From contig CAYMIB010000002.1 in NCBI GenBank assembly GCA_964390475.1, positions 1 to 42,995 on the forward strand: a stretch of DNA of 42,995 nt, given 5' to 3'. Both the position numbers and the translations under genes were made by a program. Under the pieces are notes generated by a model, which searched no databases, was not told the origin of the DNA, and was given only the letters and a program-made list of their open reading frames with translations. Each line of letters opens with the position of its first letter. The first letter of the stretch is position 1. The stretch comes from an uncultured Candidatus Saccharibacteria bacterium (GTDB lineage: Bacteria; Patescibacteriota; Minisyncoccia; Phycocordibacterales; DATGWK01). This document shows, one piece after another, positions 9,440 to 18,971 of the stretch.

Positions 9440-10186
9440 TTAGCCCTTTAATATACTGATGTTTATCGAGAATGAAGCCTCGCCAAGTGTTTTCTTAACA
9501 CTAGTGAATGGACTATTTTTGAACGACAAAAATTCTGATCGGACATTTGAAAGCTCGTTGGCAATCATGTTAAGGCTTTCAGAATCAAGGTTTCCTTTGT
9601 TTAGTTGATCGAGGTATATCGATTCTTTGATACTAAGAGACTGAACGTGGATTAAATTACTATTGCAAATATTTACACCACCTTCTGATGAAGTTGAGTT
9701 AATATTTTTTGAGCTGATAATAAAATCTGATTTAGCCAGTTTTTGGATGTCACTAATTATTGAATCAGCTACTGCACTAGGAACGGTACCGTTCATTGAA
9801 ATCGAAGAGTGATTGTTTTGAGGTAGTTGAGAAGTATATTCGTAATTTGAGTTTGAAATTCCTTCGGATGCGCCAGGGTATTTTTTCAAGATGGCAACAA
9901 TTGCTTTTTCAGCAGAAGCAATGTCGGTGGAAAGAATACTGAAATGAACATTTTTATACTCAAGCGATCTCATTTCTGGAGGCAAAGTACAATCAAACAT
10001 ATCACTTGATACGGTTGGAGCGGTTCGGCTCAATCTTTCATGATCTAATTCAGCAACCTTAAGAGCTTCAGCTGCTCTCCTTTCTTCAGTTTTATAATAT
10101 TTAGACGCAAAAACAGCGGTTGTTGCAACAGCGATAACAAAAATGATCGAGACAACAAGCAGCCAATTCTTTTGAAAAGTGTTCAT
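9440..10186 (-). CDS. N-terminally anchored hypothetical protein
   Basis: 248 aa with a single N-terminal TM (WLLVVSIIFVIAVATTAVFA) and a Ser/Asn-rich body. No motif recognised. Confidence 0.55.
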   Translation of the reverse strand: MNTFQKNWLLVVSIIFVIAVATTAVFASKYYKTEERRAAEALKVAELDHERLSRTAPTVSSDMFDCTLPPEMRSLEYKNVHFSILSTDIASAEKAIVAILKKYPGASEGISNSNYEYTSQLPQNNHSSISMNGTVPSAVADSIISDIQKLAKSDFIISSKNINSTSSEGGVNICNSNLIHVQSLSIKESIYLDQLNKGNLDSESLNMIANELSNVRSEFLSFKNSPFTSVKKTLGEASFSINISILKG

Positions 10187-10355
10187 TATTTATGGTTAAT
10201 TATTTATTCCAATCTATTCTAGCATTGGAACGAGGGTTTTATCTATACCGAATAAGCGAAAACGATCAAATGATGATCGTACCCAGTAGCTTCTCCGGAG
10301 TTTCATAGTATTAAAAACACCCCAAGCTTTCGCTGTGAGGTGAAATTGTCTACTG

Positions 10356-11558
10356 TCATATGGACACACGTTTTTTTGTTTTTCGCTTTTTCCTTTTATA
10401 CGCTCCGAATATCTGACCGCGGCACGACATACTGCAACACGGCTTATATTTTGGATTTTTCCAGAGGCTGATCTTGTGCGTACGAAGGTCACGAAGAAAG
10501 CTCCTGTTCGGTAACGGGCACTTCGGGTTTGAACAGGTTAGTTTCACTCTGGCCGGCTTCATCTTCACGTATTTTTTAAAGTCAATTCCATGAAGTTTCA
10601 GCACCGTATTGAATATCCCATTTGAGACTTTAAGTAGAGAGGCGACCGAACCAAGCGCCTTATATTTTTCAAGAAGTCCTTCGATCTTCTCCCTTTTTGC
10701 AATCTTGGGACTTTTGTACTTTTTGGCCAGATAGTTTAGATGCCAGACGGGAGTCCTTGTAGTTAAATCAATGTTGTTGTCAGCACAAAGATATAACAAA
10801 CCCTGTCTTGTAATTTTCAAACCATTGGCTCTAATGAAGCCTGTGAGGGTTTCACCGTCTTCAATTACGGCCTTTCGAAGAGTTGGGATGTCAACCTTAG
10901 CCCGCTCTGTGTTTTCAGACCGTCTTCTCAAACCAAGTTCAGATCTAGCCAAACCCACGTAATGCGCACTTATGCCAACGTGGTTTGAAATCTCAAAATC
11001 CTTCATTCTCTGCCAGTTTTCAAGAATGAAAGCCTTTGCAAGCTTCATACGAACAGTCTTAACGTTGCGAACCATGACAGAAAGTTGCTGTGCAATTTCA
11101 GCGTTGGTTTTTGTGCTCATGAGTTCAGCGACAACTTGCGACTGTTCATCAGTCAGTGGCTCTCGAGAAATTTTTGCCAGTCTGTTGTCTGTGGTTTCTG
11201 TGACGTCTACTGTGTGACCACGAGTACCAATACACCCCGCGTAGCGAAAGAGCTTGAGCTTACGCCTGGTATTACCGACAACATAAGAGGGAGTCCCTAG
11301 GCTCTGAGCCATTTCATCATCGCTCATCTTTTTCCAGTTTTCCTGAATAAAGACAGAGTCGGGAGTAGATACCAACTTGATCTCTGACTGGTTTACTGGC
11401 GGATCTACGAAATTAATAGGAGTGGAATCTGTCGCTTCAAGAGATGACAAACCCTTCTCAAATGCAAGGGTAACGACCCTATCCGCCTTCAGACCAGACT
11501 TAGTAGCAATTTTTGCTACTCTATCCAAAACCTGACCAGCAATCCTTAGAGTGAACAT
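10356..11558 (-). CDS. Hypothetical DNA-binding protein with repeated HTH-like modules and C-terminal Cys cluster
   Basis: 400 aa. Internal repeats IQENWKKMSDDEMAQSLGTPSYVVGNTRRKLKL and ILENWQRMKDFEISNHVGISAHYVGLARSELGL, plus TNAEIAQQLSVMVRNVKTVRMKL. C-terminal CSNPKCP...CCSMSC and a basic tail. Confidence 0.6.
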   Translation of the reverse strand: MFTLRIAGQVLDRVAKIATKSGLKADRVVTLAFEKGLSSLEATDSTPINFVDPPVNQSEIKLVSTPDSVFIQENWKKMSDDEMAQSLGTPSYVVGNTRRKLKLFRYAGCIGTRGHTVDVTETTDNRLAKISREPLTDEQSQVVAELMSTKTNAEIAQQLSVMVRNVKTVRMKLAKAFILENWQRMKDFEISNHVGISAHYVGLARSELGLRRRSENTERAKVDIPTLRKAVIEDGETLTGFIRANGLKITRQGLLYLCADNNIDLTTRTPVWHLNYLAKKYKSPKIAKREKIEGLLEKYKALGSVASLLKVSNGIFNTVLKLHGIDFKKYVKMKPARVKLTCSNPKCPLPNRSFLRDLRTHKISLWKNPKYKPCCSMSCRGQIFGAYKRKKRKTKKRVSI

Positions 11559-11649
11559 GCTGTTCTCCTTACGAATAGAACTTTCAAAAAACTAAGCTCT
11601 ATCAGACATTATGCAAGAAAATAGTGGTTTGTCAAAATTGCTAATTTTG

Positions 11650-11722
11650 TGGACCCTACCGGATTCGAACCGGTGACCTCCTCATTGCAAATGAGGCGCT
11701 CTACCAACTAAGCTAAGGGCCC
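11650..11722 (-). tRNA. tRNA-Ala (anticodon UGC)
   Basis: Minus strand: GGGCCCTTAGCTTAGTTGGTAGAGCGCCTCATTTGCAATGAGGAGGTCACCGGTTCGAATCCGGTAGGGTCCA. Anticodon loop is TT-TGC-AA. G3:U70 is present. CCA is not encoded. Confidence 0.9.
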
Positions 11723-11848
11723 GTAAGGACACAGTATATTGGAAAATGGCGGGTGTCGCAACAGTATTTAGGCCGCAAATTAGGCCACGGGGCTTGGGTC
11801 GTCGTCGCCTATTTTCCGCGCCGCCAAAGAGTGATAAAATTGCCCGAT

Positions 11849-12526
11849 ATGAATACAAACAATGAACTTATGAAACAGATCGGTTTCTGGGCGGCAATTG
11901 TGGTTGGAATCGGCGCTGTGGTGGCTGGCATGATTTGGTTGGTTTCCATTCAGGCGAAGGCTCCACAAAATGTCGAGGAGTTGGTAATTGAAAATGTCAT
12001 TGCGCCGGATGATTGGGTAAAAGGCAGTCGAACAGCCAAAGTTACTCTCATTGAATACGGGGATTTTGAATGTCCGGGTTGCGCACAGTATGCTTCCGTT
12101 GTAAGTGCTCTCTCCGCAGAGTTTGGCGACAAAATCGCGGTCGTTTATCGACATTTCCCTCTCCCTCAACACACCAACGCTATACCAATGATTTACGTCG
12201 CTGAAGCCGCTGGTTTGCAAGGAAAATTCTGGGAGATGAACGATATGATTTTCGCCAACCAAGCAAAGTGGGTTGGTAAAAGCGATGTCAAAAGTATTGT
12301 GACTGAATACGCTAAAACTCTCGGTCTTGATGTTACAAAGTTCGTTTCAGATTTTGAATCAACAGATCTTCGCAAAAAAGTTGAAACGATTGTTGAGAAA
12401 AATTCCAAAGTCGGCATTACATATACCCCAACTTTCTTCTTAAATGGTAAAAGGATTGCCAACCCGAGAACTTACGCCGATTTCAAAGCAGTGATTGAAA
12501 CTGCGCTCAACGAGCAAGGCGGATAA
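11849..12526 (+). CDS. DsbA-family thiol:disulfide oxidoreductase (membrane anchored)
   Basis: CPGC active site in YGDFECPGCAQY, with an N-terminal TM (FWAAIVVGIGAVVAGMIWLV). I start at the ATG at 11849 rather than the GTG at 11753. Confidence 0.8.
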   Translation: MNTNNELMKQIGFWAAIVVGIGAVVAGMIWLVSIQAKAPQNVEELVIENVIAPDDWVKGSRTAKVTLIEYGDFECPGCAQYASVVSALSAEFGDKIAVVYRHFPLPQHTNAIPMIYVAEAAGLQGKFWEMNDMIFANQAKWVGKSDVKSIVTEYAKTLGLDVTKFVSDFESTDLRKKVETIVEKNSKVGITYTPTFFLNGKRIANPRTYADFKAVIETALNEQGG

Positions 12527-12547
12527 AGCGAGTAAAATTAAAAGAAA

Positions 12548-13051
12548 ATGAAAATTTCGAAACCTTTAGTTATTATTTTTCTGGTTTTGGCGGCTGTTGG
12601 TTTTCTTGATGCTACATATCTCACCGTCGAACATTACCTTGGTGTGATTCCTCCATGCGTCATTGCTGGCGGCTGTTCAGTGGTTTTAACCAGCGAATGG
12701 AGTGTGGTTTATGGCATACCAATCGCCTTGTTGGGCTCAGTCTACTATTTATCTCTGTTAATTCTGGCGGTTATTTATCTAAAAACTCGTTCGACTAGCG
12801 AAAATAACGGCTCTGAAACCCTAATAGTTACGGCTTCTTTCACGACCATTATCGGCTTTTTGACTTCAATTTTTCTTGTCGGTCTACAACTCTTTGTCAT
12901 CAAAGACATCTGCTTCTATTGCATAATTTCTGCAATATCTTCTATTGCTTTGTTTGTTGTCGGAACACTTATCTTGTTGAATTACAGACGAAAAATACAG
13001 ACGGAAAATCATGAACGGCTTGGTCGGTCAACAGCGAGCGAAATAATGTGA
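12548..13051 (+). CDS. Vitamin K epoxide reductase (VKOR) family membrane protein
   Basis: 167 aa and multi-TM. Loop cysteines CVIAGGC and a CFYC (CxxC) in the last TM region. Sits directly downstream of DsbA. Confidence 0.75.
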   Translation: MKISKPLVIIFLVLAAVGFLDATYLTVEHYLGVIPPCVIAGGCSVVLTSEWSVVYGIPIALLGSVYYLSLLILAVIYLKTRSTSENNGSETLIVTASFTTIIGFLTSIFLVGLQLFVIKDICFYCIISAISSIALFVVGTLILLNYRRKIQTENHERLGRSTASEIM

Positions 13052-14037
13052 TCTAAAAATTCGCCCATAGAAATTCCGGCGACAGAAAGAGCTCTAGGAA
13101 AAAGCGAGGCAGAGGTCATGCCAGGCAAAGTGTTTACTTCCAATATATAAATTCCCATTCGGTTTAGGATGAAGTCGGAGCGAGAATAATGACGCAGACC
13201 TAGAGCTTTGTGGGCGTCCACGGCGGCTTTTTGAATCAGGCTGGTTTCTGTTTCGCTAAAATTTCCCGGGCAAACTAGTTCGTGTAAATCGTCGCTGTAT
13301 TTTGATTCGTATGACCAAATGTCGTTTTGGCTTTTATCTGCTCGATTTTTAGAGAGGTCGCGAATTTCAACTGGATGAAGGGCAAAAACTTCCCCACCAT
13401 CAGAACCTTCAACGACACCGCAAGTTGCTTCCCGGCCTTTTATAAATTCCTCGATTAAAACAGAGTCGGAGTGTTCAAAAGCGTTGATAATGGCCTGGTC
13501 TAGTTCTGCTGAAGTACTGACAACGCTAACCCCAAGCGACGAACCAGATGCGGCTGGTTTAACCAAACGCAAATGCGGGTAACTAGTAGCGATTCTTTGC
13601 AAAACTGTTGGAGAATATTCACTTCTTTTTACCACCACGTGTTCCGGCGTCATTAGGCCGTGATTTCTAAAAAACTTTTTGGCCAATGGTTTGTTCATAC
13701 CTATGGCCGAACCAAGCGAGCCAGAACCAGTAAATGGAATGTTATGCGACTCGAGGATTTGCTGAACCCGACCGTCCTCACCATATGTACCATGCAAAGC
13801 ATTCACCGCCACATCGATATGCGGCAAAATTCTTTCGGCTGGTCGAGCAATACCAGCAGAGTGCCAGTTGCCATTTCGATCAATAAAAATATCCTGGACT
13901 TCGTAATTTTCCCTGGATCGAAGGGTGTCGATGATATTTTTGCCGGTTTTTAGCGAAACTTCGTATTCACCAGAAGGACCACCACGCAAAACACCAACCT
14001 TAAGTTTTCTTGATTTTTTTTGAGCCTGAGCAGACAT
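13009..14037 (-). CDS. ddl: D-alanine--D-alanine ligase
   Basis: 342 aa. N-terminal KVGVLRGGPSGEYEVSLKTG, an ATP-grasp body and C-terminal LEVNTLPGMTSASLFP. Confidence 0.9.
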   Translation of the reverse strand: MSAQAQKKSRKLKVGVLRGGPSGEYEVSLKTGKNIIDTLRSRENYEVQDIFIDRNGNWHSAGIARPAERILPHIDVAVNALHGTYGEDGRVQQILESHNIPFTGSGSLGSAIGMNKPLAKKFFRNHGLMTPEHVVVKRSEYSPTVLQRIATSYPHLRLVKPAASGSSLGVSVVSTSAELDQAIINAFEHSDSVLIEEFIKGREATCGVVEGSDGGEVFALHPVEIRDLSKNRADKSQNDIWSYESKYSDDLHELVCPGNFSETETSLIQKAAVDAHKALGLRHYSRSDFILNRMGIYILEVNTLPGMTSASLFPRALSVAGISMGEFLDHIISLAVDRPSRS

Positions 14038-14042
14038 TATGC

Positions 14043-15293
14043 CTACAATTGTACACGATTCCGAACCTTCTTGTGGTATTTAATGGCAAATCTGTGGGCT
14101 TCGCTATTAGCTAACAAAATCGCGGCTTCTCTTTTTGTGATTTGGCTTTCCTCACCCAAAATTTCTCGGGGTTTATGTTTTTCATCCTTAACCACCGACA
14201 CAACAGGAACGCTGATGCCTATTTTTTTCAAAACTTCCGACGCATGATTTATATGAGTTTTGCCACCGTCAACAACAACCAGCGATGGCATAGACCATTC
14301 GGGGTGAGAAAACCTCCGGGTCAAAACTTCAGTCAAAGCTTTCAGGTCGTCACTTTTTTCTTGCTGACGAATCTTAAACATTCGATACTCGGCCGGATCA
14401 GCCTCCCCATCACGCACAACAACCATTACTCCAACCATCGACGAACCCGAGAAATGAGAAATATCGTAGGCCTCTATTCTGTCCGAATTTCCCTGGCCGG
14501 AATCCTTTTCACGATGAATGAGAGCCACGTCCTGAATGTGTCGCAAAGCAAAAACTGTTTTCTTAACCTGACCAGCTTTTTCAAATTGCTTTTGTTTGGC
14601 TAAGTCCTTCATTTCTCGCTCAAGCGAAGCTAAAAGAACTTTTTTCTTGCCCTCAAAAAATAGCGTTAAATGCTTGATCGTTTTCTCGTACTCTTTTTTG
14701 GTAATTTCTCCTGAACAAACTCCCGGACAAAGACCGATTTGGCGGTTGAAACATGGACGAGGGTGTTGACCCACTGACTCTTTTACTTCTGTTGCGGGTA
14801 AACATTTGTCCCGATATGGAAAGATTCGGCGAATGATTTTCATAGCCACTCTAAGAGAACTGCCATTTGGAAATGGTCCGAAAATAGCTCGGTAGGATTC
14901 TGGATTTGAATATTTTTTTTCGATTTCTCGACCCCGAATCACTAGCACTCGTGGAAAATCCTCGTTGGTAATCAAAACAAAGTTATAGCTTCGGTCATCC
15001 TTTTCTTTTGTGTTGTGAAATGGCTGGTGTTTTTTTATAAGTGCCACTTCGAGAATAAGTGCTTCCAAAACCGAATCCGTGGTCTGGAAATCAACCTTGG
15101 TCGCCGCCTCGATCATTTTCAAAACAAGTGGCCCGCGAGTTTCAATTAAATCCTTAGCAAAATAACTTTTCACTCGGTCACGGAGTGAAGTGGCCTTTCC
15201 AACATAAAGAATCTTCCTCTTTTTATCCTTGAAAAAATAAACCCCTGGAAGATCCGGCAGTTTTTTTGCTTTTTTAAGAAGCGAAATGTTCAT
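14043..15293 (-). CDS. uvrC: Excinuclease ABC subunit C, short form lacking the C-terminal HhH region
   Basis: GIY-YIG N-terminus (GVYFFKDKKRKILYVGKATSLRDRVKSY), a UVR-like helix (QKQFEKAGQVKKTVFALRHI) and an endonuclease region ending HRFAIKYHKK. It is 416 aa, versus about 600 aa that I recall for E. coli UvrC. Confidence 0.85.
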   Translation of the reverse strand: MNISLLKKAKKLPDLPGVYFFKDKKRKILYVGKATSLRDRVKSYFAKDLIETRGPLVLKMIEAATKVDFQTTDSVLEALILEVALIKKHQPFHNTKEKDDRSYNFVLITNEDFPRVLVIRGREIEKKYSNPESYRAIFGPFPNGSSLRVAMKIIRRIFPYRDKCLPATEVKESVGQHPRPCFNRQIGLCPGVCSGEITKKEYEKTIKHLTLFFEGKKKVLLASLEREMKDLAKQKQFEKAGQVKKTVFALRHIQDVALIHREKDSGQGNSDRIEAYDISHFSGSSMVGVMVVVRDGEADPAEYRMFKIRQQEKSDDLKALTEVLTRRFSHPEWSMPSLVVVDGGKTHINHASEVLKKIGISVPVVSVVKDEKHKPREILGEESQITKREAAILLANSEAHRFAIKYHKKVRNRVQL

Positions 15294-15334
15294 TAGATAT
15301 TAGACAAGTGACACAAAGATATCGGATACCGCGT

Positions 15335-18034
15335 CTAACCCTTTTTGAGCGCCCTTTTTAAGTAATAACCCGTGTAGGATTTTTCTGAATTCGCTATGTC
15401 TTCTGGCGTACCTTTGGCCACAATCTGTCCGCCGCCGGCACCGCCCTCTGGCCCAATATCGATCACGTAGTCAGCACATTTTATGACATCAATGTTGTGC
15501 TCAATAACAATCACCGTATTGCCGCGATCAACGAGCTTGTCGAGAATTTCAATCAGCTTTTTTACATCTTCGTAATGCAAACCGATTGTTGGTTCATCGA
15601 GTAGGTAAATAGTTTTCTGAACATGCTGACGATAGAGCTCGGAAGAAATTTTTACACGCTGAGCCTCGCCACCAGAAAGAGTGGTCGCCGACTGACCGAG
15701 CTCAAGGTATCCAAGCCCAACTTCATCCATGGTTTTGAGGCGATCGTGAACAGCTGGAATATCTTTAAAAAACTCAAGCGCCTCTTCGACGGTCATTTTC
15801 AGCACATCGTGAATGTTTTTCTTTTTATATTTAACTTCAAGCGTATCTTTCATGAAGCGTTTGCCGTTACAGACGTCGCATGGCACATAGACCGTCGGCA
15901 AGAAATGCATTTCAACTTCAATCATTCCGTTTCCCTGACAGGTTTCGCATCGGCCGCCACGAACGTTAAATGAAAAACGATTGGCTTTCCAACCACGAAC
16001 TCTGGACTCGCTGGTTTCGGCAAAAAGCTCACGGATGAAGGTCCAAGCGCCAGTGTAAGTCGCTGGATTTGAGCGCGGAGTTCGACCAATCGGTGACTGG
16101 TCTATTAAAATCGTCCGACCAACGTATTCGGTGCCAGTGAAACTACTGCAGTTAAAAGTTTCTGCCGAACGATATCGTCTTTCAAGTCGGGACTGAAGAT
16201 TTTTGTGAACAATTTCGTACATAAAGGACGACTTGCCGGATCCAGAAACGCCAGTTATCGCCACCATTTTACCAAGCGGAATGTCGGCATTAAGATTTTT
16301 GATATTAAAAACATTACCGCTTCGAATAGACAAAGCACCAGCGTTTTTGTCTCGACGTTTTTCTGGCACCTCAACTTTTTTGTCTCCGCGCAGATAGTCG
16401 AGTGTCAGCGAGCCAGAATCATTTTTCTTAGCCGTCAAAAGTTTTTCCAAATCATCAGCCACCACAACTTCCCCACCATGAATTCCCGCCCCCGGGCCAA
16501 TGTCGACAAGATAATCTGAAGAGAAAATCGTGTCTTCGTCGTGCTCAACGACTAAAATCGTGTTGCCTAGATCCCGCAGGTTGTGCAGGGTTTTCAAAAG
16601 CCGATCGTTGTCTCTTGAGTGAAGACCGATTGTCGGCTCATCGAGCACATACAGAGCACCAACGAGGCCCGACCCAAGCTGAGACGCCAAACGGATACGC
16701 TGAGCCTCACCGCCAGACAAAGTATGGGCTCGCCGATCCAACGATAAATATTCAATACCGACGTTAACCATGAAATCGAGTCGGGATTCGATTTCGCGCA
16801 AAATAACTTTCGAAATACTTTTTTCTCTAGCCGTGATTTTTATTTTCTTGAGGAAATCGTTGCAGTCATGAATAGACATCGACACAAAATCGACGATATT
16901 TTTGCCACCAACTAAAACATGCAAGGCCTCTTCACGCAGACGCGCTCCTTTACATTTTGGACAAGAATCCTTTCCAAAAAAATGCAGGGTACCAAGGCCA
17001 TGACATTCAGGACAAGCACCATACGGTGAGTTAAAAGAAAAAAGTCGTGGCTCAATTTCCGGATATGAGTAACCGTCACGAGGACAAGAAAATTTCGAAG
17101 ACATGGTGAACGTTTCCTCTTTCTCATCCGCGTCGCCCCCTTCTTCCTTATTGGTTTTTTTGACCGATTTCTTTGGATTAAGAACGTTAAACGAAATTCT
17201 GACCAAGCCATCCGATTCATTCAGGGTTCGCTCCAAAGATTCACTTAGGCGTTCAAAAGCGCCACTTTTTGGATTTTTGAAGTCGTAAATATTGATTTGA
17301 TCAACCAGAACGTCAATGCTATGAGTTTTATTGCGGGAAAGAATGATTTGCTCGCGAAGTTTCTTGCGTTCGCCGTCAACAACGACATCAGAAAAACCCT
17401 TACCGAGCAGGTCGTAAAGAAGTTGGTAGTACTCACCCTTTCTACCTCGAACAAGCGGGGCAAAAAGCTCGACATAGATCGGGAAATTCATCGGTCGGTC
17501 ACTTTCTTTTGGTGCCGTTTTCAGCCGGGCATTTATTTTTTCAATTATAAAATTCTTGATCTCATCATTCGACAAACGCTCGATTTCATTTCCACAAACC
17601 AAACAGTGTGGCCGACCAATGCGAGCATATAGAATTCGCAAATAGTCGTAGATTTCTGTTATGGTCGCTACCGTTGAACGAGGGTTGTTTGACCGAGATT
17701 TTTGGTCGATTGAAATAGCCGGTGAAAGACCGACAATTTCATCTACGTCAGGCTTTTGCATTTGGCGCAAAAACTGTCTGGCATATGACGACAAAGATTC
17801 AACATACCGTCGCTGACCTTCGGCAAAAATCGTATCAAAAGCTAATGAAGACTTACCGGAGCCAGAAAGTCCAGTAAAAGCAATCATTTTATTGCGCGGC
17901 ATCTCAACCGTAATGTTTTTAAGGTTGTGGGTCCGAGCGCCTCGAACGATGATTTTCTCGTCCTGCCGACCAGATCGGCCGGAATCCCGGTTTGCGGCGC
18001 CGTTGTTTGTTTCTTTTGAGTTTTTATCCATCAA
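15335..18034 (-). CDS. uvrA: Excinuclease ABC subunit A
   Basis: 899 aa. Two ABC modules (GLSGSGKSS / GVSGSGKSS, LSGGEAQR twice) and zinc-finger Cys clusters (CPECHGLG, CETCQGNG). Confidence 0.95.
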   Translation of the reverse strand: MMDKNSKETNNGAANRDSGRSGRQDEKIIVRGARTHNLKNITVEMPRNKMIAFTGLSGSGKSSLAFDTIFAEGQRRYVESLSSYARQFLRQMQKPDVDEIVGLSPAISIDQKSRSNNPRSTVATITEIYDYLRILYARIGRPHCLVCGNEIERLSNDEIKNFIIEKINARLKTAPKESDRPMNFPIYVELFAPLVRGRKGEYYQLLYDLLGKGFSDVVVDGERKKLREQIILSRNKTHSIDVLVDQINIYDFKNPKSGAFERLSESLERTLNESDGLVRISFNVLNPKKSVKKTNKEEGGDADEKEETFTMSSKFSCPRDGYSYPEIEPRLFSFNSPYGACPECHGLGTLHFFGKDSCPKCKGARLREEALHVLVGGKNIVDFVSMSIHDCNDFLKKIKITAREKSISKVILREIESRLDFMVNVGIEYLSLDRRAHTLSGGEAQRIRLASQLGSGLVGALYVLDEPTIGLHSRDNDRLLKTLHNLRDLGNTILVVEHDEDTIFSSDYLVDIGPGAGIHGGEVVVADDLEKLLTAKKNDSGSLTLDYLRGDKKVEVPEKRRDKNAGALSIRSGNVFNIKNLNADIPLGKMVAITGVSGSGKSSFMYEIVHKNLQSRLERRYRSAETFNCSSFTGTEYVGRTILIDQSPIGRTPRSNPATYTGAWTFIRELFAETSESRVRGWKANRFSFNVRGGRCETCQGNGMIEVEMHFLPTVYVPCDVCNGKRFMKDTLEVKYKKKNIHDVLKMTVEEALEFFKDIPAVHDRLKTMDEVGLGYLELGQSATTLSGGEAQRVKISSELYRQHVQKTIYLLDEPTIGLHYEDVKKLIEILDKLVDRGNTVIVIEHNIDVIKCADYVIDIGPEGGAGGGQIVAKGTPEDIANSEKSYTGYYLKRALKKG

Positions 18035-18146
18035 TAAATTAATATAGATATATTCTGTATAAGCTATGAAAGCGGCACCATACGCACAAAACCCCTTGGC
18101 TTTCGTCTAAGGGTATAACTATCGTACCAGGATTTGGGGCCACTAG

Positions 18147-18926
18147 CTACTTCTTACCTTCAGCTAGAACATTTTGAAGTTCGCGAACCAAGTCGTCCAA
18201 AACGATACTTGCCTTAACGAGAAACCGGGCGGCGCCGAGCTTTTTAGCTCTTTCAATTTCATTATTTTGAGAAAAGTTGGAGAGGAAAATAACCGGAATG
18301 CTTTTGATTCGATCGTCAGATTTAATTTTTTCCAAAACATCGAAACCACTAATACCTGGCAATAGAATGTCGAGAATAATTATGTCTGGAGTTTCTTTTT
18401 CCAAAACCTGCAATGCCTCTTCACCGGTTCGGGCGTAAAGCAGTCGGCATCCTTGACCACCTAATTTTCTAGAGATTAGATCGCTTAGGAATTGATCGTC
18501 CTCGACCCACATAACCTTTTTTCCGGCCAAGGCGTTGGTCGCATCGTCGTTTTTCTTTGGCTTGCTGAGCTGAGTGTTGACCTTAACGACAAACTCATCG
18601 AGATTAAGCTGAGATTTTACCAAATAGTCTTTGACTCCGAGGTTCAGAGCGTTTTTGATTTCAGAAAGATCACCGGAACGAGAAATAATGATGGTTGGAA
18701 TTTCGGCCAAACCTTTGTCGTTTTGTTTGTCTTTAAGAAGAGAAAGTGGATCGGTGCTAGTTAGCTCCATGTCGAGTACAACCAAATCCGGCTTCGCTAG
18801 GTGAATTTGCTCAAGAGCGACAACGCCGCTGTGAACAATTAAAACCTCATGACCAGCGTCTTTTAGCTTTTGCTCGATGATATTCCCTAGGAAATTATCT
18901 TGCTCGACAAGTAGAATTTTTTTCAT
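18147..18926 (-). CDS. Response regulator with two tandem receiver (REC) domains and no output domain
   Basis: 259 aa. REC1 runs KKILLVEQD...DLVVLDMEL. REC2 runs KKVMWVEDD...DIIILDILLPGISGFDVL...K. Adjacent to a histidine kinase. Confidence 0.8.
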   Translation of the reverse strand: MKKILLVEQDNFLGNIIEQKLKDAGHEVLIVHSGVVALEQIHLAKPDLVVLDMELTSTDPLSLLKDKQNDKGLAEIPTIIISRSGDLSEIKNALNLGVKDYLVKSQLNLDEFVVKVNTQLSKPKKNDDATNALAGKKVMWVEDDQFLSDLISRKLGGQGCRLLYARTGEEALQVLEKETPDIIILDILLPGISGFDVLEKIKSDDRIKSIPVIFLSNFSQNNEIERAKKLGAARFLVKASIVLDDLVRELQNVLAEGKK

Positions 18927-18971
18927 TGTTTTGAGTTTTGTGAGTTTATTACTTTAAAATTATACCACCAT

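Noticed and set aside
10214-10492. 92-aa minus-strand ORF overlapping the 3' end of the 400-aa gene
   Set aside because: It overlaps the longer ORF by 137 nt in another frame and has a basic low-complexity product with no RBS.
11753-11848. N-terminal extension of DsbA from a GTG, and similar extensions for tag (to 8265), cassette 1 (TTG at 4388) and cassette 2 (GTG at 7496)
   Set aside because: The downstream ATGs give proteins that begin at the expected conserved N-termini or are preceded by strong SD sequences. The extensions overlap upstream genes or promoters.
18093-18113. Possible terminator hairpin (CCCTTGG...CTAAGGG) after the response-regulator gene
   Set aside because: The stem is short and imperfect, with a mismatch on the relevant minus strand and only a weak U-run. 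Too weak to call.
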